DNA of 64,000 nucleotides. Origin: Gemmatimonadota bacterium. GTDB lineage: Bacteria; Gemmatimonadota; Gemmatimonadetes; Gemmatimonadales; GWC2-71-9. Below the pieces are notes generated by a model, which ran no database searches, was not told the origin of the DNA, and was given only the letters and a program-made list of their open reading frames with translations. The translations under genes and the position numbers were made by a program. The stretch covers positions 6,003-70,002 of the forward strand of contig QHUS01000052.1 in assembly GCA_003222035.1 (NCBI GenBank), read 5' to 3'. This document shows positions 1 through 6,690 of the stretch, piece by piece (position 1 is the first letter of the stretch; every line of letters begins with the position of its first letter).

Positions 1-739
1 TGATGTTCCGCGCGGCGAACAAATCGTCCACCTTGCCGATCCCCACGCGCGGAATGTCCGCCGCGGCAAGCCGGTCGAGCAGCGTCTCCCCCACCGGCTC
101 GATCGAGAAGTCCTTGCGCCGCGGCGTCCGCTCGTACGCTCCCGGCTTTCCGGCGAAGGGGCGCGCGATCACCCGGCTCACCGCGTGCTCTCCGATCAGC
201 ATGTCGCGCGCGACGCCGCACGCCCGGTACAGCTCGTCCAGCGGCACGGTCTGCTCGTGCGCCGCCACCTGGAAAACCGAGTCCGCCGAGGTGTACACGA
301 TCCACTCGCCGGTCCGCTGGTGCACTTCCCCCAGCTCGGCGATGATCGCCGTACCGGAAGCAGCCTTGTTGCCCAGCCATCCTCGCCCGGTCCGCCGCGC
401 GAACTCGTCGAGCAGCTCCCGCGGAAAGCCGTGCGGGTAGGTGCGAAACGGCTTCGCGAGGAGCACGCCGCACATCTCCCAGTGCCCCGTCGTGCTGTCC
501 TTCCCCGCCGACGCTGGAAGGGCCACACCGTATGCCGCCGCTGGTCGATCCTCGGGCGTGAGGCCCAGTATCGACCGGCACCACCCGAGCCCCAACCGCT
601 GCAGGTTCGGCAGCCGCAACCCGCCCACCGCCCGCGCCACGTTGCCGAGCGTGTCGCTCCCCGCGTCCCCATAGGCCGCCTGGTCGGGACACGCCCCGAT
701 GCCGAGCCCGTCGAGCACGATGATCGCTGCGCGCTTCAA
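1..739 (-). CDS. deoB: phosphopentomutase, N-terminal ~246 aa (3' end runs off the left edge)
   Basis: Absent from the ORF track because there is no stop in the window. My reverse-complement translation from TTG 737-739 gives LKRAAIIVLDGLGIGACPDQAAYGDAGSDTLGNVARAVGGLRLPNLQRLGLG..MCGVLLAKPFRTYPHGFP. This matches the conserved phosphopentomutase N-terminus (VLDxxGIG..GDxGSDTLG). The start overlaps the alr stop (736-738). Confidence 0.8.
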   Translation of the reverse strand, partial: MKRAAIIVLDGLGIGACPDQAAYGDAGSDTLGNVARAVGGLRLPNLQRLGLGWCRSILGLTPEDRPAAAYGVALPASAGKDSTTGHWEMCGVLLAKPFRTYPHGFPRELLDEFARRTGRGWLGNKAASGTAIIAELGEVHQRTGEWIVYTSADSVFQVAAHEQTVPLDELYRACGVARDMLIGEHAVSRVIARPFAGKPGAYERTPRRKDFSIEPVGETLLDRLAAADIPRVGIGKVDDLFAARNI

Positions 740-1824
740 TCGTAGATGCGCGGCAGTCGGGGTCCGAGCCCGACCAAGAACTCGTGCTGCAGCATCCCGC
801 TCCAGGCGGCCCACTGATCGAGCGTGTTGCGCTGCCCGTCCGCTGCGCCGACCAGGGTCGCGACGTCGCCCACCGCGGCGCGACCGTCGCCCACATCGAT
901 CATCGTCAGATCCATCGTCACGACCCCGATCACGGGACAGCGTGCGCCGTGCAACAGCACGGTCGCTTCGCCTTGCAGGCCGACCGAGCGGCCCAGCCCA
1001 TCGGCGTACCCGATCCCGAGCGTGGCCACGGTCGTCGCGCGCGGCGCTGTCCAGGTCGCGTTGTAGCTGACGCTGTCGCCGGGCTGCACCCGGCGGACGC
1101 TCACCACCTCTGCGCGCAGCGCGATCGCCGGCTTGCCCGGCGGCGCACCGCCCGCGGATGCGCCATACAGATAAATGCCCGGACGGATCGCATCGAACGC
1201 GAACGCAGTGCCGCGGAGCGCTGCGGCGCTGTTCGCCACGTGGAGCAGCGGCGGCCGTCGGGCCAGGCGCCCCACCGCAACCCGGAAGCGCTCGAGCTGC
1301 GCCTCGGCCGAGCCGTCGCGCCGGTCGGCCGAATGAAAATGCGTGTAGCAGCCCTCGAGGTACGGCGTGTCGAGCAGATCGGCGAGCGGCTCGATCTCGT
1401 CCCAGCGCACGCCCGTGCGTCCCATCCCCGTGTCGATCTCCAGGTGGAACGCGCCGCCCTGCGCTCCGCGAGCAATCCAGGCGTAGATGCTCGCCCGGTC
1501 ATCGAGCACCGGGGTCAACCGGTGCGCGTGGTAGGCGTCGAACGCCTCAGGTCGGGCCGGCAGGAACACGAGCACCGGGCGCGTGATCCCGGCGGCCCGC
1601 AGCTCGACGCCTTCTTCGACGGTCGCCACGGCGTAGCCCCACGGATCCACGGCTTCCAGCGCCCGGGAAACAGCGACGGCTCCGATCCCATATGCGTTGG
1701 CCTTCACCACAGGGAGGAGCCGCGTGCCCGAGACCCGAGCCACCGTCCGCGCGTTCTCGACCACGGCGCCGAGGTCCACCTCGACCCACGCCCGGGCCTT
1801 CTGCCCGCCGATTGACCCGTTCAC
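736..1824 (-). CDS. alr: alanine racemase
   Basis: ORF 736..1950 contains VVKANAYGIGAV (the PLP-lysine region) and a full-length racemase-like body. I trimmed the start to GTG 1822-1824 (VNGSIGGQKARAWVEVDL) because the upstream residues look non-coding. The start is uncertain. Confidence 0.85.
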   Translation of the reverse strand: MNGSIGGQKARAWVEVDLGAVVENARTVARVSGTRLLPVVKANAYGIGAVAVSRALEAVDPWGYAVATVEEGVELRAAGITRPVLVFLPARPEAFDAYHAHRLTPVLDDRASIYAWIARGAQGGAFHLEIDTGMGRTGVRWDEIEPLADLLDTPYLEGCYTHFHSADRRDGSAEAQLERFRVAVGRLARRPPLLHVANSAAALRGTAFAFDAIRPGIYLYGASAGGAPPGKPAIALRAEVVSVRRVQPGDSVSYNATWTAPRATTVATLGIGYADGLGRSVGLQGEATVLLHGARCPVIGVVTMDLTMIDVGDGRAAVGDVATLVGAADGQRNTLDQWAAWSGMLQHEFLVGLGPRLPRIYD

Positions 1825-1892
1825 AGGCGCGCGAATGATAACGCGGAAATGTAAGACGTAAAAGGGGTTGGTGCGCGGATTATCGTTCACGC

Positions 1893-2702
1893 ATGAGCAC
1901 ACCCCCGTCCCCCCCTCCCGTACCCAGCGACGCTGCGCTCGGCCGCGCACTCGCGCTCGTGCGCGACCTGCGCGCCCGCTGCCCCTGGGACCATGGCCAG
2001 ACCCGCGAGACCCTGCGTCCGTACCTGGTCGAAGAAGCGCTCGAGCTCGACCAGGCGTTGCGACACGGCGATCCCGTCGCGTTGCGCGACGAACTGGGAG
2101 ACCTGCTCCTGCATCTGGCGTTTCAGATCGTGATCGGCGAGGAGCGGCGCGAATTCGACGCGGACGCCGTCACGCGGGGGCTCGAGGAGAAGATGTGGCG
2201 GCGCCATCCACACCTCTTCGGCGACTCGCCGACCCCTGACCACGAAGGGTGGGAGCGCGCGAAAAAAAGGGAGAGGGGAGAAGGGAGAGGGACGCTCCGT
2301 GGTCTACCTCCCACCTTGCCCCGTCTCCTGATGGCGTATCGGCTTCAAGAACGCGCTGCCGGCGTCGGGTTCGATTGGCCGGATGCGCGTGGCCCGCTGG
2401 AGAAGGTTAAGGAAGAGCTGGTCGAGGTCGAACGGGCAACCGGTAACGGGCAACGGACAACGATCGAGGAAGAACTCGGCGACCTGCTCTTCGCCGTCGT
2501 CAATCTCGCCCGCAAGCTCAGCGTCGATCCCCGCGCCGCGCTCGAGAAAGCCAACGAGAAGTTCCGGCGGCGCTTCGAAGCGATGGAGCAGCTCGCGGAG
2601 CAGCGAGGGGTAGAGATCGGCCGGGTGGGACTCGAGGAGCTGGACAAGCTGTGGGAGGAAGTCAAGGCGGTAGAAGTCGGTAGAGGTCGTAGAGGTCGGT
2701 AG
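1893..2702 (+). CDS. mazG: nucleoside triphosphate pyrophosphohydrolase MazG
   Basis: 269-aa ORF with two MazG-type repeats (CPWDHGQTRETLRPYLVEEALEL..DELGDLLLH..HPHLFG, and EELGDLLFAVVNLAR). It is the only plus-strand gene in the window. Confidence 0.9.
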   Translation: MSTPPSPPPVPSDAALGRALALVRDLRARCPWDHGQTRETLRPYLVEEALELDQALRHGDPVALRDELGDLLLHLAFQIVIGEERREFDADAVTRGLEEKMWRRHPHLFGDSPTPDHEGWERAKKRERGEGRGTLRGLPPTLPRLLMAYRLQERAAGVGFDWPDARGPLEKVKEELVEVERATGNGQRTTIEEELGDLLFAVVNLARKLSVDPRAALEKANEKFRRRFEAMEQLAEQRGVEIGRVGLEELDKLWEEVKAVEVGRGRRGR

Positions 2703-2760
2703 AAGATCATCGGAGATACCTCTACCGCCTTCTACCGACCTCTACAACCTCTACGACCTC
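2667..2760. terminator. long hairpin built from GTAGAGGTC(G) tandem units, between convergent mazG and rtcB; probable bidirectional terminator
   Basis: Arm 2680-2705 (gtagaggtcgtagaggtcggtagaag) pairs with 2729-2754 (cttctaccgacctctacaacctctac) for 26 bp with 1 mismatch. The loop is 23 nt, and pairing extends outward with a bulge. The element spans the mazG stop (2700-2702) and abuts the rtcB stop (2759-2761). Confidence 0.6.
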
Positions 2761-3967
2761 AGTCCTTGTACGGATCGAACTCCTCCGCCCCCGCCATCAC
2801 CACGATGAGGGGATGCAGCACGTGCAGCACCTCGACGGTCGGCCCTTGCGCCGCGAGCACGTCCGGGAGCCGGCGGTACACGTGGGGACTTTCGTCCGTC
2901 CCGCCACCTCGCAGCACGACGCCTTTCTGCTCCACCCACGCGAGCATCATGTCGCGTGAGATCGCCCCGGGCTTGAGCACCTTGCCCTTGCGCGTGCGCT
3001 TCCCCGCCGCGGCGGTGCGGCTCATCACCCGGCCGGCGCCGTGCACGGTCGAATACAGCGCGCGCGCCTGCAGGTCCCGGACGTCGGCGCGATCCGACGC
3101 GACCCCCTGAATGATCACCGCGTCGTCGCCCATCGACCCGCCCACGAACCCCTTCTGGCGGGGAAACGCGGGCGTCGCGCCCTTGCGCACGACGTAGAAC
3201 CGCTCGCCGCCGTGCTCTTCCTGCCAGGCGAAGTTGTGGTGGTTGTGGACCAGCTCCTGCTCTCGTCCGCCGAGCAGCGCGACTACCTTGCGCGCCACCC
3301 ACTCGCGGCCCGCGTACGCGTAGCGTCCCGCGAGGTTCATGAGCTGCCAGTAGGCGTCGCCCACGGGACTCGTGACGTCGAGCAGCGTCTCGCGCTCGGG
3401 GACGCGCTCGCCCCAGCTGCGGTTCTGGCCGAGCGCGAGGAAGCCGTGGGCAACGCCGAAGCCGAAGCCGCGGGACCCGAAGTGCACGCCGACCCAGATG
3501 CGGTCGTCGTCGTCGGCGAACACGTCCACGTAGTGGTTGCCGCTGCCCACCGTGCCGAGCTGCTCCCGCGCCTTGGCGCGGAGCCGATCGCGCTCGTGAC
3601 GGTCCGGCACCGCCTCCCACGCCGGGTCCTCGAACAGCGGGTGATCGGTGGGCGCGTCGTCGGCCCGGTTCTTCCGCCCTACGCCGAACGAGATCGCCTC
3701 CTGGATTCCGTCGGCCAGCTCGCGCAGGTGCGGCGCGACGTGCGCGCGGGTCAGGTCGGTACGGATCGCCGCGTTGCCGCACGCGATGTCGAACCCCACC
3801 CCCACGACCGACACGTGATTGCGGTACGCGGCGACGCCCCCGATGGGCATTACGTACCCGAGGTGGCCGTCCGCCATCAGGGCGGCGCGGTCGGCGCGGC
3901 TCGCCACGTCGTGCAGCTGCTCGAGCGTCTTGGGCTCGTGCGTTCCAAAGATCTGAGGCTCGGTCAT
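2759..3967 (-). CDS. rtcB: RNA-splicing ligase RtcB
   Basis: Motifs GSGNHYVDVF, HNHHNFAW, GSMGDD and HGAGR in ORF 2759..4114. The start is trimmed to ATG 3965-3967 (MTEPQIFG), which is preceded by a GGTGGAGGAAGC Shine-Dalgarno. Confidence 0.92.
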   Translation of the reverse strand: MTEPQIFGTHEPKTLEQLHDVASRADRAALMADGHLGYVMPIGGVAAYRNHVSVVGVGFDIACGNAAIRTDLTRAHVAPHLRELADGIQEAISFGVGRKNRADDAPTDHPLFEDPAWEAVPDRHERDRLRAKAREQLGTVGSGNHYVDVFADDDDRIWVGVHFGSRGFGFGVAHGFLALGQNRSWGERVPERETLLDVTSPVGDAYWQLMNLAGRYAYAGREWVARKVVALLGGREQELVHNHHNFAWQEEHGGERFYVVRKGATPAFPRQKGFVGGSMGDDAVIIQGVASDRADVRDLQARALYSTVHGAGRVMSRTAAAGKRTRKGKVLKPGAISRDMMLAWVEQKGVVLRGGGTDESPHVYRRLPDVLAAQGPTVEVLHVLHPLIVVMAGAEEFDPYKD

Positions 3968-4062
3968 GCTTCCTCCACCATGATATACGTCCCGCATCCG
4001 GCCGGAGTGAGGGGGACGACCACCCGCGAGGCTCACCCCGGCCCTGTACGCACCCGGCCCGC

Positions 4063-4371
4063 TTACAGCCCGGGCGGGTCCTCCTGCTCCCGCTCTTCGC
4101 GGAAGCGCCGCCACAGCTCACGCGTCTCCGGAGTCGAGTGCTCGAGTCCTTCGATCGCGCCGGCGCGCACCCGGATGCGCGCCCCCGACAGATCCACGAA
4201 CGTGACCCAGCGCGGCCGCGGCCACCGCTCGAGCTGCCGCTCGATGTGGCGTGCCATCACCGTGCTCACGGGGTGACAGCACTCCCGCATCACGACGAGG
4301 TGGTACTCCGGGTACAGGAACTCCACCCGCTCCTGCTCGGGCCGCTCCTCCCGGCTCTGTCGCTCGACCAT
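4063..4371 (-). CDS. hypothetical protein (102 aa), immediately upstream of rtcB
   Basis: GC3 rises sharply (about 68% to about 93%) at ATG 4369-4371 (MVERQSREERPEQERVEFLYPEYHLVV..), which is preceded by a GGAGG SD. I recognise no family. Confidence 0.55.
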   Translation of the reverse strand: MVERQSREERPEQERVEFLYPEYHLVVMRECCHPVSTVMARHIERQLERWPRPRWVTFVDLSGARIRVRAGAIEGLEHSTPETRELWRRFREEREQEDPPGL

Positions 4372-4751
4372 TGCGCCTCCATCCAGCAGCCCGGCCGGAC
4401 GTTCCGCCCGCTTCGGGAGTCGCGATCCGTCAGGGACTTCCCCTCCGGACCGGGCTGCAAACAGTTCGCCCCACCTCATGCCGGCACGGGGTGGGGCGAT
4501 GCGCATCAGCGAGACGTCGAGAGGTCCCCGCTAGCGCCGTGCTCCCGTGCCGGATGAGCGTGCCCCGACCTGCGCCGCCGGGTACACGCCGCCATCCCGT
4601 CGAAAGGCGAGCCTTCCGACGTCTGGCTGTCCGATCAGTCTGAGCCGAGCACTCCGCAACACGCTGTACCTCCTGAAAACACAAATCGCGCCGCCGTGGT
4701 CACTGAGAAAGTTACGGGACCAACGGGACGCGACTCCCTGAAACGCCGAGA

Positions 4752-4780
4752 ACCTTAGACGGGTGGACCGCCCCTGTCAA
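4752..4780 (-). promoter_or_regulatory. sigma70-like promoter (TTGACA-17 nt-TAAGGT) reading toward 4371
   Basis: The minus strand reads TTGACAggggcggtccacccgtcTAAGGT, with the -35 at 4775-4780 and the -10 at 4752-4757. It sits just after the ABM gene stop. Confidence 0.45.
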
Positions 4781-4783
4781 GGA

Positions 4784-5149
4784 CTAGTCAACGACTTCGA
4801 ACTTCCCGAGGCAAACCTCCACCTCGCACAACTCCAAGAACCGGTTGTCGAGCTCTTCATATTCCCGGGCGAATCGCTCGTTGAATGCCGCGTATGCGTC
4901 GGCACTGGACCAGCGATCAATCGTGAAATAGTCGCGTCCGTTTTTCTGGGCTTCCGCCTCCGACTGTGACGCATCTGCGAGCTCGTCGCGATCGCCAGCG
5001 GGCTCCAGGGTCGCCCGCAGCAATTCGGAGCCCTGATACTCCATACTTCTGCCGAAGAAGCGAGCCCAATCCCCGTGGGGCCCGTACGCCTCCTCGAACG
5101 CCTGCTCTCGCTCAGGCACAACCTGGAATTGCCACAAAATCACATACAT
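4784..5149 (-). CDS. small ABM/Dabb-fold (antibiotic-biosynthesis-monooxygenase-like) protein
   Basis: MYVILWQFQVVPEREQAFEEAYGPHGDWARFF..DYFTIDRWSSADAYAAFNERF resembles ABM-domain proteins. I chose ATG 5147-5149 because the longer ORF (to 5290) would overlap asnS. The gene looks lower in GC than its neighbours. Confidence 0.6.
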   Translation of the reverse strand: MYVILWQFQVVPEREQAFEEAYGPHGDWARFFGRSMEYQGSELLRATLEPAGDRDELADASQSEAEAQKNGRDYFTIDRWSSADAYAAFNERFAREYEELDNRFLELCEVEVCLGKFEVVD

Positions 5150-5217
5150 GGAATCTGTCGAATCTTCCTCTGTCGCTTTACCATCCGTCGCATCTCCGTC
5201 CGTCGCCCCTTCTTTCT

Positions 5218-6516
5218 TCACGGCCACAGCTTGTACAACGTGCGGGGAAACGCGATCGCCTCCCGGATGTGGGGGATACCGCAGATCCACGCCACGGTGC
5301 GCTCCACGCCAAGGCCGAACCCCGCGTGCACGAACGTGCCGTATTTCCGGAGGTCCAGATACCAGCTGTACGCGTCTTCCGGCAGCTTCTCCGCGCGGAT
5401 CCGGGCCAGCAGCTTGTCGTGGTCGTCCTCGCGCTGGCTCCCGCCGATGATCTCCCCGTACCCCTCGGGGGCGAGCATGTCGTTATTGAGCACCGTGCGC
5501 GGGTCGGCGGGGTTTTCCTTCATATAGAAGGCTTTCACGGTCTTGGGATAGTTGAACACCATGACCGGCCGGTCGTATTGCTTCGCCAGCAATGTCTCCG
5601 CTTCGCCTCCCAGGTCCTGTCCCCACGCGATGTCGCTGCCCAGCGTCTTGAGCTTGGCCACGGCGTCGGTGTAGGAGATCCGCGGGAACGGGGTCCGCAC
5701 GGCCTCGAGCGGCTTGACGTCGCGCTCGAGCTCGGCGAGCTCTCCCTTCCGCCGCTCGAGCGCGCGCCCCACGATGTACGCGACGAACTCTTCCTGCAGC
5801 TTCATGTTCGCCTCGGAGTCGTTCCACGCCACTTCGGGCTCGACCATCCAGAACTCGGTCAGGTGGCGCCGGGTCTTCGATTTTTCCGCTCGAAACGTCG
5901 GTCCGAAGCAGTAGACCTTGCCGAGCGCGGCGGCGGCCGCTTCGACGTAGAGCTGACCCGTCTGCGCGAGGTACGCCTTGCCGAGATCGAAATACTCGGT
6001 GGCGAACAGCGTCCCGGCGTGCTCGCCGATCGCCCCGGTGAGGATCGGCGTATCCACCAGCACGAAGTGCCGCTCGTAGAAGAAGTCTCTGATGGCCTGC
6101 ACCACCTCGTGGCGCACCCGCGCGATCGCCACCTGAAGCCGGCTGCGGAGCCAGAGGTGGCGGTGCTCGAAGAGGAACGCCGTGCCGTGCTCCTTCGGGG
6201 TGATCGGGAAATCGTGACTCGGCCCGAGGATCTTGAGATCCGCCGCGGTGAGCTCGACGCCACCGGGGGCGCGCGCATCGAAGCGCACGGTGCCCGTAAC
6301 CTCCACCGAGGTCTCCTGGGTGAGCTGTCCAACGGCCTCCCACGCGGCCTCCGGCATGTCCTTCTTCGAAAGCACGACCTGCAGGTACCCTGTCCCGTCG
6401 CGCAACGTCACGAACCCGATCTTCCCGGAGGACCGCGTGGTCATTACCCAACCGCGAGTGGACACGGTTTGCCCCACAAGTGACGGGAGATCTTCGATCC
6501 GGTGGAACGGAGGCAT
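5218..6516 (-). CDS. asnS: asparagine--tRNA ligase
   Basis: 432-aa class IIb aaRS with an N-terminal OB fold (VSTRGWVMTTRSSGKIGFVTLRDGTG), FRAEKS, and the C-terminus GFGLGVERTVAWICGIPHIREAIAFPR. The length fits AsnRS better than AspRS. Confidence 0.85.
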   Translation of the reverse strand: MPPFHRIEDLPSLVGQTVSTRGWVMTTRSSGKIGFVTLRDGTGYLQVVLSKKDMPEAAWEAVGQLTQETSVEVTGTVRFDARAPGGVELTAADLKILGPSHDFPITPKEHGTAFLFEHRHLWLRSRLQVAIARVRHEVVQAIRDFFYERHFVLVDTPILTGAIGEHAGTLFATEYFDLGKAYLAQTGQLYVEAAAAALGKVYCFGPTFRAEKSKTRRHLTEFWMVEPEVAWNDSEANMKLQEEFVAYIVGRALERRKGELAELERDVKPLEAVRTPFPRISYTDAVAKLKTLGSDIAWGQDLGGEAETLLAKQYDRPVMVFNYPKTVKAFYMKENPADPRTVLNNDMLAPEGYGEIIGGSQREDDHDKLLARIRAEKLPEDAYSWYLDLRKYGTFVHAGFGLGVERTVAWICGIPHIREAIAFPRTLYKLWP

Positions 6517-6525
6517 AGGGGCGGT

Positions 6526-6554
6526 AGACTAGCGGCGGTGATCGACACTGTCAA
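6526..6554 (-). promoter_or_regulatory. asnS promoter-like element (TTGACA-17-TAGTCT); near-leaderless
   Basis: The minus strand reads TTGACAgtgtcgatcaccgccgcTAGTCTaccgccccTATG. Only 9 nt separate the -10 from the asnS ATG (6516), and there is no SD. Confidence 0.5.
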
Positions 6555-6558
6555 ACGA

Positions 6559-6682
6559 GTGCGTGGTACGTGGTGCGTGGTTGCATGAAGCGTGCGTGGT
6601 GAGTGGTGCGTGGTGCATGAAGCGTGCGTGGTGCGTGGTGCGTGGTTAGCACCGTCGGCAACCACGCACCACGCACCACGCA
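6559..6682. repeat. three tandem ~32-nt units rich in GGTGCGT heptamers; the third unit forms a perfect 23-bp hairpin just after the recG stop
   Basis: Unit copies lie at 6559-6591, 6592-6623 and 6624-6647. Stem 6625-6647 (tgcgtggtgcgtggtgcgtggtt) pairs perfectly with 6660-6682 (aaccacgcaccacgcaccacgca), with a 12-nt loop. Confidence 0.8.
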
Positions 6683-6690
6683 GGCATCTC

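Noticed and set aside
1829-1892. Imperfect inverted repeat (gcgaatgataacgcg ... cgcggattatcgttcacgc) in the AT-richer divergent alr-mazG intergenic region, considered as a possible operator.
   Set aside because: The match needs gaps and mismatches, is short, and has no recognisable regulator or known motif. This is within chance expectation for a 68-nt AT-rich promoter region.
4400-4610. Resemblance to known housekeeping RNAs. The minus strand has GGTCCGGAGGGGAAGTCC, which resembles the SRP RNA GGUCCGGAAGGAAGC and the RNase P GAGGAAAGUCCGGGC. It also has TTTCGACGGGATGG, which resembles the tmRNA 5' region.
   Set aside because: The partner motifs are absent. There is no ACAGAACCCGGCTTA-type P4 3' strand, no tRNA-like GGGG acceptor or T-arm/CCA end for tmRNA, and no symmetric-loop context with a GNRA tetraloop for SRP RNA. 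I treat these as chance GC-rich similarity, and the region is reported only as an unassigned structured leader candidate.
6559-6647. Possible CRISPR array, suggested by three direct repeats of about 32 nt.
   Set aside because: The repeats are contiguous with no spacers, there are only three copies, each is internally made of heptamers, the last copy is half of a hairpin, and no cas genes are present in the window.
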